Shown here: positions 48,789-60,650 of the stretch, one piece after another
How the letters are laid out: the number at the start of each line of letters is the position of its first letter
Numbering within the stretch: the stretch's first letter is position 1
Source of the DNA: Selaginella moellendorffii
Lineage: Eukaryota > Plantae > Lycopodiophyta
Direction: 5' to 3'
Assembly (NCBI RefSeq): GCF_000143415.4
Contig: NW_003314286.1
Span: forward strand, 201,766-265,765
DNA length: 64,000 bases
Notes under the pieces: generated by a model
Database searches by the model: none
Seen by the model: only the letters and a program-made list of their open reading frames with translations
Told to the model about the DNA's origin: nothing
Position numbers and translations under genes: made by a program

Positions 48789-50965
48789 AACTTCTACAAA
48801 GAAGAAAGAAACAAACCAATGTGGTGGTGATCCAGCTCTGGCAATCACGAAGAATCCCTCGAATCTCTGGGCCGATTCAATCCAGAAAGCTTGAATCGTG
48901 GTCAAGAGCGCTAGCGTGGGCGATTTCCGATTGTGGAGAAGATCATCCACATCCAAGCGAGGAGCAAAGCACCGGCGACCCAGAAAATCGCGGGGGATCT
49001 AGCGCAATTGCCATGATATCTTGGCTAGCAAGGAACTGGAAGAACAGCTCAAAGCTCCTCGCAATGCCTCTTTTTTGAAGGGAATGAGACGTGTCCTTAA
49101 GCCTTGGCCCTTGCTAAGGACACCATGTCCCTCATCCTTGTCAATGACGGTAGTGAGGTGGTGGTGGTGGTCCTCCAGTTTTGTGGAGGTGGAGACAAAA
49201 TATTTGGAGTCTTGATCGTCAATCCTACTCTAGCCTACGCACATAAATGTTTCATGTTCCATTCATTAACACTCAACATTGTAAACTCTGGTTTTTAGTT
49301 GTATTTTTATATTTCTTATTATATGGTTAGCTTTATTATTATTATTAACTCATTAATACAATCATTTGATCTAGTCATGGTCGTGTTGGAACACGTCTCC
49401 ACAAGTCTTAGAGACGATCCCACACGGTTTCCGGCATTGGCAAAATCAACTCCTCCTCGAATTGAATGTTTCATATCGCTGGAGATCGAGTTGGACCCCA
49501 TTGGTTTCAATCTCTTTTTGTAATACCTGCGCATGCATGCTGGAAGTTTCTTCGAATTGGATTGAATCACTTGACCACTGCATAAATTAATGTATAGCTT
49601 GTGAGAGACTCAGCTACGATTCCTGTCCTAGCAGCTGTTCTTTCGAGTCCAAGAGAAATTGATAGAAGCAACATTAAGATTGGATGGATGTTTGCCACCA
49701 AAAAAGTCTCCAATGGTACATTGCCAGGTATTTTGACGATATGAGATACAAGCTTACATCTTTGATCATGGATTTGTTTTGGAAGAGAAAATTCAACCAG
49801 CGTTGAGCCACTGTGGCTTTTGCCAGCACCAAGGAAGGACAAAGAAAGTGATAAGTGAGTCCAACCAAGGCAGCCACAAATAATAAATTAGGACCACATC
49901 AAATGAGAAAATCCCATCAGGAATCAGCCATGTATGTGCAACTGCAAGGCTAGTGTAGACATATGATCTGTGCTTTATTTCATTGTTGCTGCCTGTTTTT
50001 CCCCTGCCACACTTGCCTGTTGGTACTGACTTGGTGGAGTGTAATAAAAGTAGTGGGAGAGATGGGAGAATGAAATTGATGTTATACTCTGCACTTTTGC
50101 TTGTCTTTTTGAAAGAAAAGAAAGAGAGAACCTCAGCAAAAACTTCCTCAGAGCCTTGCATCTGCTGTTTGAGCTTGCAAAAGCTGATAATGGGGGAGCA
50201 CCCTTTCAATTGGGATAGATTTCACATCCCTGTCACAGTTGGTGGGCTTCTCTAGTTGCACATTTCACACAGCTAGCTGCACATACTGGTGTGCAGATCA
50301 AATGGGACAAGCAACTCCACTGTCTCAGGAGGCCCACATAGTTGCAGTGTACAGTGCTCTTTTACCTTTCACCTCTCAAGGATGAAGTGTTTTCTTGCCT
50401 TAGCTGCTGCAGTTTTGGAAGTTGGAGTCAGAGAGGGGAGAGGAAGGGTTTGGAAGAATGCATACATGTTCAACCATACATGTTATCCAATTTGTCTCCA
50501 TGCAGAGCTCAAGTTGCTGCTACACAAAATGTTGGGCATGTCCAAAATTCTGTACAGCTTCACTCTCTGTTGAGTCCAAAATTATAGCAAGGATCAGCAC
50601 AAGATGATGATCCTCGTGGGAAGTTCAGCGACCAAACAATAAGAAAGTTGACAACCTTTTTCTCAAAAAGAAATTATGGTTCCAGGGTGCACATGAGAGT
50701 GTTTTGGAGGTCTGGAAGACACAGTTGGCCACCAACATTCAGAATTTCCGCTGCTGCACGTGTGGCAAGGACGAGAACCCTGATCAAATGGTGGTGGCCA
50801 GAAGATCGAAACGTACCCACACCTTCACGATTCGGTTCCAGAGTACAAAACCAAAAAAACAAAATGGGGAAAAGAAAGGTCAGCCATGTTTCATGTATAG
50901 CAGCTTTTTCTCTCTTTTCCTTCTGAGAAGAGCACATGAAGGCCACAAGGTCTAAGCATTCTTAC

Positions 50966-53056
50966 TTACAAACTAAACAACCTCTCCGTTTTGCTAAATC
51001 CGCCATGGAAACCGCCAGCGTTCGAGCAGTGCAAGTTAGCGAGCAGAACGTATGCTGCTCCATACCCCGGATCCATCCCGAGGATTTGCCTGGTAGCACC
51101 AAGGCCGCCATGGATGCTGCTATGACTCCTTGACGCTCCAAGCAAGCACATCCAGTCCAAGGCATCGGCCTCGAAAGGCATGGTTTCGACGAGCTCCCCC
51201 GCCTTGGTAAGGCGCCCGGCACGAGCGAGCAAGTCCACCATGCATCGGTAGTGCTGCTTCGAGGGCTGAATCCCAAAGTCCACGCTCATCGACTGGAAGT
51301 ATGATCTTCCACTGCCGAGATCGCCCTGGTGGCTGGAAGCGACCAACACCGACGCGAAGCACGCATCGTCCGGGGCAAAAACCATCTTCATCCCGTGGAA
51401 AGTTTCGAAAGTATGATTGCAGTGTTGCCTGCTTTGAGCTGACGCTGCAAGCACCGCATTGCAAGACACTACGTTTCGTTCCGGCATCTCTTTGAAGATC
51501 TTCCTGGCGTCTTTCACGAGCCCGTGTTGGATCGCACACGTCCAGGAGACGACGTTCTTTTGTGGCATGGAGTTGAAAAACTCCTTTCCTTCAAAAATGC
51601 ACCCGTTTAGCGTGTACGCAGCAAGCATGACGTTCCCTGTAACTACATTCCGCTGAGGAAATCTAAGGTAGAACTTTCTAGCCTCGTCCACGAGTCCACA
51701 GCGTGCATAAGCTTCCAGCATAGCGTTCCACGACACCACGTCGTGCTGTGCCATGTCACAATCGAACAGCTTCTTAGCCTCCTCCAAATGTCCAGTTCCG
51801 GCAAATGCCGCTAGCGTGGAATTCCACGTCACCAGATCCTTTGCTGACATGGACTTAAAGATTCCCAAAGCTCCGTGCAAGTCCTCGACATTAGCGTAAG
51901 CACTAAGCATAGCGTTGTGCGAGAGTATAGTATGATGTGGCATGCTATCGTATAACTTCTTAGCTTCGTACAGATCCCCGTTTTGGGCAAATGCAAAGAG
52001 CATCGTATTACACGACACTACGTTCCTATACGGCATACATTTGTACAGTATTTTAGCTTCCTCTAAGTTGAAAGCTTGTAGAATTGCAGCTATCATTGTA
52101 TTCCAAATAATAATATTTACAAAGGGCAAGCTACAAAACAAGAGTCTTGCTGCCTCTAGATACCGGTGTTGGGCATAAGCGGCTAGCAATGCACTCGCTG
52201 TGATTAAATCCTGCCAAGGCATACTATCATAAACTTGCTTTGTTTGCTCAAAATCTCCAACTAGCGAGAAGGCACACAGCATACAAGTAAATGACACGGT
52301 ATCTTTCACAGGCATCTTACTAAATATCACCTTCGCGAGAAGTATATGCCCGCTTTGAGCATAGGCCGAGAGCAGCACATTCCACGAGATAATATTCCAC
52401 ATTGGCATCGACTCAAACAGTGACTCCACTTCTACCACTTGATCCTTGCGCGCGTAGCCAGTCAAAATCGTGTTCCACGAGAATAAATCCGGGCCGTCTA
52501 TCTGTCCAAATATCCTGTGGGCCTCGCCCAGATTCCCTTCCCGGGCATATGCCAGGATCATCGCATTGCAGCACACAACGTTGTGAAGCGGCATCGCGTC
52601 GAAAAGATACGCCGCATATTCCACCCTCCCTTCAGTGGCGCAGGCAAAGATCATGGTGGTCCAAGAGAAGACGTCTCTACGCGGCATCGCATGGAATATC
52701 CTCTGGCACTCGCAAAGATTCCCTTGTTGGGCAAATGCGTCGAGCATCGCATTCCAGGCAATTAGATTCCATCGCGGCATGGAATCGAAGACCTGCTTGG
52801 CTTGCCGCACAAATCCATTGCGGGAGTACGCGCAGAGCATGAGAACCCAAGAGAAAGAATCCCTCGTCGCGGCAGCCATGCCGCAAAAGAGCTGGAACGC
52901 AAGATTGGGGCTCCCGCACCGCCCATACATCTCGATCAGCTTGTTACACACGAAGACATCGCCGATTAGCGCGGGATCCATGCGGGAGTGGATCAATCGC
53001 GCGTCGCTCAGGCTCCGGCAGCTACGCATGAGCTCCAGCCATCGAGTCCTGTCCAT
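50966..53056 (-). CDS. PLS-E class PPR protein, no DYW
   Basis: Intronless ORF of PLS motifs ending HYRCMVDLLARAG..MPFEADALDWMCLLGA..AAYVLLANL. First ATG at 53056 (ORF track starts at GTG 53104). Confidence 0.92.
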   Translation of the reverse strand: MDRTRWLELMRSCRSLSDARLIHSRMDPALIGDVFVCNKLIEMYGRCGSPNLAFQLFCGMAAATRDSFSWVLMLCAYSRNGFVRQAKQVFDSMPRWNLIAWNAMLDAFAQQGNLCECQRIFHAMPRRDVFSWTTMIFACATEGRVEYAAYLFDAMPLHNVVCCNAMILAYAREGNLGEAHRIFGQIDGPDLFSWNTILTGYARKDQVVEVESLFESMPMWNIISWNVLLSAYAQSGHILLAKVIFSKMPVKDTVSFTCMLCAFSLVGDFEQTKQVYDSMPWQDLITASALLAAYAQHRYLEAARLLFCSLPFVNIIIWNTMIAAILQAFNLEEAKILYKCMPYRNVVSCNTMLFAFAQNGDLYEAKKLYDSMPHHTILSHNAMLSAYANVEDLHGALGIFKSMSAKDLVTWNSTLAAFAGTGHLEEAKKLFDCDMAQHDVVSWNAMLEAYARCGLVDEARKFYLRFPQRNVVTGNVMLAAYTLNGCIFEGKEFFNSMPQKNVVSWTCAIQHGLVKDARKIFKEMPERNVVSCNAVLAASAQSRQHCNHTFETFHGMKMVFAPDDACFASVLVASSHQGDLGSGRSYFQSMSVDFGIQPSKQHYRCMVDLLARAGRLTKAGELVETMPFEADALDWMCLLGASRSHSSIHGGLGATRQILGMDPGYGAAYVLLANLHCSNAGGFHGGFSKTERLFSL

Positions 53057-53145
53057 GCCATTCAAAATGCCCAAGAACCCTAGTTTAGACGGTGGAGATT
53101 TCACCGCGTGGGACTAGTATCGCCAATTGTATGGCTGCGATGTAT

Positions 53146-53655
53146 TTACAGTGTCTTTCCATGAAGAATGAGCTCAGTCGCTTCCTTGCTCTGGATCCAC
53201 GGATCATTGCGCTGGAGGAGGCGGAGGAGGTACTCGAACAGCGCGACCGGGCAGGGGATGAGAAGCCCGCCGCTGTAAGCGTAGCCAAATTCTTCCTCGG
53301 ATTGCTGGAGCAGCGCCCCAAACACTGGATGCTGGAGGTAGCGCGTCTTGAGGACGAAGCGCTTGTGCTCCGGGCCGACGTAGACCGCGCAAGATCCTCG
53401 GTGGACGTCGCGCGGGATCGAAGGAGGCGATCTCCTGGCGATAATCTTCCTGTTCTTCGGCGACGCAGGGGAGGGCAAGGCGCAGCTCCTGGACGACGCC
53501 ATTGCGCAAGAGAGGCGCTCGAATTTGTGGCACAGCCGCTTCAAGAGATTGGTGTGGTGATGGTGATGATCGTCCTGGTGGAGCTTGTGGTAGCGCGAGT
53601 GATAATGCCGCCGGAAGAGTAGCGCCTTGAGCTTGATCTTCTTGAGCATCTTCAT
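53146..53655 (-). CDS. SAUR: SAUR-like auxin-responsive protein
   Basis: IPRDVHRGSCAVYVGPEHKRFVLKTRYLQHPVFGALLQQSEEEFGY..GGLLIPCPVALFEYLL. Confidence 0.93.
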   Translation of the reverse strand: MKMLKKIKLKALLFRRHYHSRYHKLHQDDHHHHHTNLLKRLCHKFERLSCAMASSRSCALPSPASPKNRKIIARRSPPSIPRDVHRGSCAVYVGPEHKRFVLKTRYLQHPVFGALLQQSEEEFGYAYSGGLLIPCPVALFEYLLRLLQRNDPWIQSKEATELILHGKTL

Positions 53656-54843
53656 CCTCTCCCTGGAGAGAAATATCGATCCTGCTCCTCCCCCTAGAAA
53701 TATTTCGTCGCCATCGCGGCTCCTCTTACCCTTCCCTCTCGATTCGGCACGATTTCCTCTCGATTCCTTGCGGGAAATCGGAGGCCGTGCTAGAACGCGC
53801 GTGAATCGACCCCAGGCACCTTGAGGAGGCCGCCAAACCAGAGAAGCACCGACAGGATCCGGAGCGACCACAGCAGCCAAGATCTCTGGAAGAAGCACAA
53901 GATCACAGGGTCCATGAAATGGAAGAAGCTAGAGAATCTAGAGCGAGCGATTGAAATGCGAGCGATCGCGACAAGGCACAGCAGAGATTCTCACGGGGAG
54001 TGGAGAGGGAAGGAGAGAAGCTGGAAGAACAACGCCATGATCGAAGCTCTTGCTTGCTCTTTCCAAGAAATAGGGCAAACCCGGGTTTAAATTGGCGTGC
54101 GCCGGACTCGAACAGGGGACCGTTTCATGCAAACCCGGTCAAAAGGGGCGTTGCATCGTATGAAGCGGCGCGTTGAAAAACGTGTTAGTTGTGGGTTCCT
54201 CTTTCGGGACGAACTTGTTTGATTAAAATTCCCCAAGGTTTAGTTCGCATGGATTCATAGTTAAGTGATATATCATACATTGTGTTAGATCAACTCGATT
54301 CTATAAGGTTATAGATCTTCTCAAAGCCAGAGCTCCCAGAGACAGTGAAGGACCATTGAGAGAGTGAGTGACACGGTTGATCCATCCACGCACGAAGGCA
54401 ACTTTTGAGCTGAAGAAAAGAAGAAAACGACCACTTGCGACCAAATTAAAATATAAAATAAATGAAGAATAAAAGCCAACAATAATATAACATTAAAAAA
54501 ACAGTGTTAAAAATAATATTTTGGCTGCGGTCGACCAACACCACCACGATTTCGAGGATATTTGGTTTTCCCATTGCAGCAAAAGGACTACAAAGTACAG
54601 TGGTACAAACAATATATGTTTTGTTTCCTTAGAAGCTTTGGTGGACCTTTGGATTCCCGCCACTCCTTTTCAATCAATCGACATAGCTTAGCTTGTGCTC
54701 GGCCGGGCCGCTGGCAAGTTTTTAAAGTTGAAAAGCAAGATCAAAAGGGACCTGTCACATAGGGGCGCACGATAGATCGAGACGAGCACGAGAAAAGTGA
54801 TAGAAAACTCTGTGACAATAGTACCTGGAGGAGAGCTCGAATT

Positions 54844-56523
54844 CTAAGTAGATTTTGCCGCTGGCCAAAGTGGATTCTCTAGCAAGTGTGATGAGGCTTG
54901 GACACTCCTTACCACCACCTTGCAATCGGCATCAACTGTGTAGGAGATCTTCAGGCCCTCGAGAATCACATTGTAAAGCACGAGCTTTTCATCCCCTCCT
55001 CCATTATGGAGCTCGGAAGAATCGCCATAGAGTGGCTGCGCGATCTCGCTGACCACTCCATCGTGCGGCCTCTGCCGCTGGCTCAAGGAGCGAATATCGC
55101 GAGAGAGAACCTGCGCTATGAAATCATGTAGCTCTCTGGAACTGGAATAGAGTGAGAACCTTTCCTGCCGTTTTCCAACAGGAGACGCTTGTCAACGACA
55201 AAGCAAACAAAAGAAGGAAAGATAACTGCAAAGTGGTTTGCGTAAGGACTACGAGTGCGTACCATTTTGTTCCAGCACTCATCGAGGCCATTTAGAGAAG
55301 CTTCAGTGAAGGTGACGGAAGCCACGGCGAGTGGATCGTCCTCTCCGCCGGCCTGGAACAAAAGAGAGAAAAGATAAAATCTTGACAATCTTTCGCAAGT
55401 GATCACAGAATAAAATCGGGAAATCTTTGGCTCTTACATTGACCCACGTTGGTGCCGAAGCTTCTCTCACGGAATCGCAATATGGAAGATAAGGCTTTAT
55501 GTCAATCACGGGCTACAACATCACAAATACGACAAGCACCATAAAACTTGGGTAGAAAAGGAGGTCGAAGAATAGTATACCGTGCCATCAACGAGATCAG
55601 CTCCGGAAAGCATTAGAATTCCATGCTCCAGACGTTCCACCTGAAGAACAAATTTTTAAGATCAAACACGACAAGAATTTCAGGGAAAAAGATAGAGACC
55701 TTTGCAACTGTTAAGCCGATAGGACACGGTCGATGTGGAGTTCTAGTCGCAAAAACTCCGAGCTTGGCACCATTGAGCCTTGGCACTCGTACCTTTTACG
55801 CAAAGGAACTAGCTTAGCGCTGGAAATACAAAGAATGTGTTTTGTCACCTTAGCCTTGAAGTCTCGATGGCTCGATAGCTCCCACAAGTTGTGTAAGTCT
55901 GTGTTCTCGTGAAAAACGTAGATTAACCAGCAGTGTGAGTACTGCTCAATCCCGTCCAGGGCCGCGGCAGGCACCCCGGAGGACAAAACCAAGCGCGATT
56001 TAGCAAGTGTTACGAGGAGAGGTTGACGAGGAGTTCCATTTCTTCACAAAAAAAGAGAGAAAAACTTTTGTTCTCAAATAGAACTTAGATAGAGTTTTGA
56101 GTACCTTGTTGAATAACATGATCTCATATACCCGATTGGTGTCATGGGAAAGGACGATGTGGGAGTTTTTCCAATGACATTGCATTGCATCAAGTTTTTT
56201 CGCAAGTCCTGAGGAATGGTCAAAAGATTAGAAAGGAAAACAAAAGGAAAGGAACGAAAATACTCACACGCTGTGCACGAATTCGGCCCGTTCTTTCTTC
56301 GGCTCTTTGCTTCTGGGATATTTGCAAAGCGTCGTCTGATTCAACGAGCTTGAGCTCCAGTTTGACACACTTTCTTTTCAATCTCCAAACTATATGATAT
56401 GATCACACCAGAGAACGAAATTTAATCCTTTAGACACCCATCTTCCAAAAGAATTCGCGTACCTTGAATAAGCAAAGCTGTCGCAGTGGAAACTGAAACC
56501 ACCGCTATAGCCCATCTCATCAT
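54844..56523 (-). CDS. TRMO: TrmO/TsaA (YaeB) tRNA m6t6A37 methyltransferase family
   Basis: RNGTPRQP, LDGIEQYSHCWLIYVFH, VRVPRLNG..GVFATRTPHRPCPIGLTVAKV, GADLVDGTPVIDIKPYLPYCD. N-terminal hydrophobic helix plus coiled coil. Confidence 0.92.
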
Positions 56524-56576
56524 TTCCGTGGCCTAGAGCTTAGGGTTCTAGCCTTTCTCGTGTCACTAACGTTGAC

Positions 56577-58542
56577 TTATGCGTTGACTAGTTGACTTTT
56601 CAGCCAGCTACTGCCCGATCGAAGCGTTCGCAGCTCGCCATCTAAAATGGCCTTGGCCATTTCTCGTCGCGGTTCGTGCACAATGCCGTGGACATCTCCT
56701 GCCTACAAGGAAAACAGTGATTGGATTTTAGCAAAGCTTTGCGAGAAAACTTTACCAAGTCCGCTGCTACATATTTCTCGATAAGATTGTCGAGCTGGGA
56801 GAGGATTTCTAGTAGAGCACATCGATCTTTGTGTTGGTTATCTTGATCCCAGGAAAAATTGCCGCTCCCAGCGGAGCTCGCGTCCAGTCGCTCAAGTTCT
56901 GCCGAGAAAACTTGAATTAGTAGCAAAAGGAAGAACAGTACCTTCGGGGGTTTTTGCGCAAAGAACTCGAGCAAAACTGCGAAGGCCGGGTGGAATTCCA
57001 TTCGGATTTGAGTTCATATCCCTGAAGAAACAAGAACAAAAGACAAAAGTGGGACTCCGTAAGAAGATGCTCTTACTGGATGACAAAAGCTTTTCCCATA
57101 CTGCCATCTTCTTCCTCTGTTATTTTGATCTTGTTCCTGGAGAAGACGTCAAGTTTTGCGTCGTAGAGCGGATCGTCTGGGGAGATGGTCACCCAGATTT
57201 CCGCCTGCGAGCAAAGTTTTAAGTGGCAAGATGACAGTTGGTGTGAAGTTTTACCTCGTCAAAGGGATTGTAAGAAAGAGCGAATCCATAGTCCACAGCC
57301 AGTGTAACATTTGGAAGCTGGCCATAGCTGATGAACACCTATACTTGAGATTAATTTCGGGACAACAGTGATGCAAAGTAATCTTACTTCATCACCAGTA
57401 GCGTAATCTCGATCTGCTATAACCTGAAAGATGCAAGGGTTAGTACATTGCTTTCAGAGAAAAAGGCGAAGGAACCATACTACGACGCAGTTTTTATCGG
57501 GGTCATGCGAAAGAATAGACTCGCACTTCCAGTCGTGATTGATGAGATCAACGTAAGGAACCTGGTAAAAAATTCCATAGATGAGAAAGTGAAACTCTAT
57601 CGAATGAGATCACCATTCCCAGCTCGCAGATGTCCGTCACTCGCCAAGAGCGCGTCGCCACTGTAAAAAACTTGCTCGAGAAATCAAGAAGAAAAAAATT
57701 TACGTACCTATCGAGTATGCGTGCTTGAAGGCATCGTAAGACGCAGTTTCTCCAAAGATATGGCGACAACGAGAGATTGCCTGCGAGAAAAAACATAAAA
57801 ATCCACGAATTTGAGTTAGCACCGAAAGAAGATGATCCATTTGTGATACAAACACTCTGGACGTCCGAAAATTCCATATCCAGCCACCTCTCGCGTTGCG
57901 TAGTCTTGAAATAAACCGGACTGTGCCTCACACATTGAAGCTCTTCCTGCTTCCAAAACACCTGGAGCGCTACAAAACTAAGAACACGAGGAAGAAGAAA
58001 ATGGTAGACTTAACTGTGTTGTTTAGTTCAACCAGCGAGGGAAGAATTCCCATGTAAGGATCCCAGGCTGAGTTCTAGGATAGTTTCTTAGCTCTCGACT
58101 TTGCGATGAATGAAGAACACTAGTACCTGGCCTTTGTTCCACTGGGCGAGGATGAAAAGAGCCAGCCGCGACCATTCTGTGGCCTGCGCAGGCAAGAATC
58201 TCGCGACTTCGTGTTGCAGGCTTCGAGAAGTGATCATCTGCCAAAGGAGGTAAGCAATGCACATGTGTAGAACAAGCGAGCATCTTACAAGACTAGGTGG
58301 AACTTCCAGCATGCGCTCTCCAGCTCGAATTGGACGAGACGCAAACATTCCACTGCAAAGCATTGATCTTGCTATCAAATGGGGCAAAGAAAAACGAGTG
58401 AAAGATCGCGATGCTCTCACCGCCCGGAAGAACAAGCGCCAATCGAGAGCGCCGATTGCTGCGCATTGCTTAGGGCGCCTTGCGTCCTCAGCCACGAGAG
58501 GAAATGGCTCGTCTTCGAGCCAAGCGCCTTTGAATCGAGCAT
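56577..58542 (-). CDS. SET-domain protein lysine methyltransferase (Rubisco LSMT/SETD3-like)
   Basis: FLSWLR..GR|GMFASRPIRAGERMLEVP, EWSRLALFIL, FWKQEEL, ARSW, INHD, IADRDYATGDE, C-terminus RREMAKAILDGELRTLRSGSSWL..NA*. Start codon uncertain. Confidence 0.82.
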
Positions 58543-58680
58543 TCCTTGCTCACAACCCTCAGATCCTCCGTCATCCACCGGCTCAAAAGCAGACACGTGG
58601 AACGATCTTACGGTCGGAATCCACCCTATCCAACGGCCGCAGGGGTTTTAGATCCGACGGCTAGAGCTCCAGTGAAGGCA

Positions 58681-58706
58681 TTAGGGTTTTACGATCTTTA
58701 GGGTTC
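58681..58706. promoter_or_regulatory. Two telo-boxes upstream of RPS2
   Basis: TTAGGGTTTT and TTAGGGTTC, typical of plant ribosomal-protein leaders. Confidence 0.65.
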
Positions 58707-58724
58707 TTGGAGGGCGGCCGCAAA

Positions 58725-59622
58725 ATGGCGGAGAGGGGAGGAGGAGGAGGAGGCGAGCAGCGCGAGCGCGGTGGATTTGGCCGGGGCTTCGGCGGTCGCG
58801 GCAGGGATCGCGGCCGTGGCGATCGCGGCCGCGGCCGGCGCTCGAGGCGCGCGGACGAGGAGGAGAAATGGGTGCCGGTGACCAAGCTCGGCCGCCTCGT
58901 CAAGGACGGTAAGATCAGGAGCCTCGAGCAGATCTATCTCTTCTCCCTCCCCATCAAGGAGCACCAGATCGTCGAGTTCTTCCTCGGTAGCGCGCTCAAG
59001 GACGAGGTGATGAAGATCATGCCAGTGCAAAAGCAGACGCGCGCCGGGCAGAGGACGCGATTCAAGGCCTTCGTGGTGGTGGGAGACAACAATGGCCACG
59101 TTGGTCTGGGCGTCAAGTGCAGCAAGGAGGTGGCGACCGCGATCCGAGGCGCGATCATCCTCGCCAAGCTCGCGGTGATCCCAGTGAGGCGAGGCTACTG
59201 GGGAAACAAGATCGGCAAGCCACACACCGTCCCGTGCAAGGTCACTGGGAAATGCGGCTCGGTGACTGTCCGGATGGTGCCAGCGCCCCGAGGAGCTGGG
59301 ATCGTTGCCGCTCGCGTCCCCAAGAAGGTGCTCCAGTTTGCCGGGATCGAGGATGTTTTCACCTCGTCGCGCGGATCGACCAAGACACTCGGCAACTTCG
59401 TCAAGGTGAGGATTGGTCTGATCGTTCTTTCATTCTCGACGAGTTTTTCTTGGTCTTTCGCAGGCTACGTACGACTGTCTGTTGAAGACGTATGGGTTCC
59501 TCACCCCGGATCTGTGGAAGGAGACCCGGTTTACCAAGTCGCCGTTCCAGGAGTTCACGGACTACCTGTCCAAGCCTACCAAGTTGGTGATCGAGGACGT
59601 CGAGAAGGCCCCGGTGTACTGA
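58725..59622 (+). CDS. RPS2: Cytosolic 40S ribosomal protein S2 (uS5)
   Basis: RGG N-terminus, [45 protein letters not shown]|[18 protein letters not shown]. Intron 59407-59463. Confidence 0.98.
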
Positions 59623-59833
59623 GTAGCACTACTACTATTCCCTGTTTCATCTTTTTGGAGCTTGAATACCAAAGTTTTTGATTTGCTCAGTGATATCGAG
59701 TAAGATGATCTTCTAGACAAGCTGCCAGACACGAAGAAAGAGAGATCAGAGTTTTAGATCGAGCTCATGTTCTTTCTTACATCGAGAACTGGAAAGCCTG
59801 GAGTTTTCTCGTAAGCGTTTGGGAGAAGTTGGA

Positions 59834-60576
59834 TCATCCGGCGAGAGGATTCGAGTGCATGGTGACTCTGTTTAGCCTGATCTCCGCCAAGGGACGATCT
59901 CCAGCACCCGTTTGTGTCTGTAGCGAAGAAACTGTAAGACCACTATCGATCGAAAGCAAGAAAAGTGTGTTAACCTTCTCCATGAGGTCGAGAACTTCGA
60001 AGCCATGGATGACTTTGCCAAAGACGGTGTAGAGGCCGTTTAAGTGGGGCTGCTTGGCATACGTGACGAAGAACTGGCTCCCATTCGTGTTTGGTCCGCT
60101 GTTGGCCATGGCAAGGATTCCTCTCGCGTTGTGCTGATACAAGAAAGAGAGTAAGAACAATCGCTCAGCTCAATCTTATCATCCAAGGAGAAGAAGAAAG
60201 AAAGAAAGAAGAAAATTTTCTACCTTGAGAGACTCGCGAATCTCATCGTTAAACTTGCGACCCCAAATGCTGGTACCTCCGCGCCCAGTTCCAGTGGGAT
60301 CGCCTCCTTGGATCATGAATCCTTTGATGTTGCGGTGGAAGATTGTGCCGTCGTAGTAGCCGCTCGCGCACAGCGCCAGGAAATTCTACATCTCCAACAT
60401 GAAAATCTTTCAGTCTCTCTCGCGCTCTCTCTTCTAAGATTTTACCTCGGCTGTCTTTGGGACCTCGTCGCAGAAGATCTCGCACTTGATATCTCCCAGA
60501 TTGGTGTGCAATGTGATCGACTACAATGAAACAACAAGATTTCAGCTCCAATCGCAGCAGAGACTCTGCTCACCAT
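59834..60576 (-). CDS. CYP18-1: Cyclophilin PPIL3/CYP18-1
   Basis: M|[25 protein letters not shown]|[30 protein letters not shown]..|[27 protein letters not shown]. First coding exon is ATG only. Confidence 0.95.
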
Positions 60577-60650
60577 CGTCTCCCTCCCAAGAACCCTAGA
60601 CTTGGGTTTTAAGTTAATTCTTTTACACAAAGCTCTTTAAACTTTAAAGA

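Noticed and set aside
54103-54113. B-box-like GTTCGAGTCC (minus) beside an AAACCCGGGTTT palindrome
   Set aside because: No cloverleaf; short motifs expected by chance.
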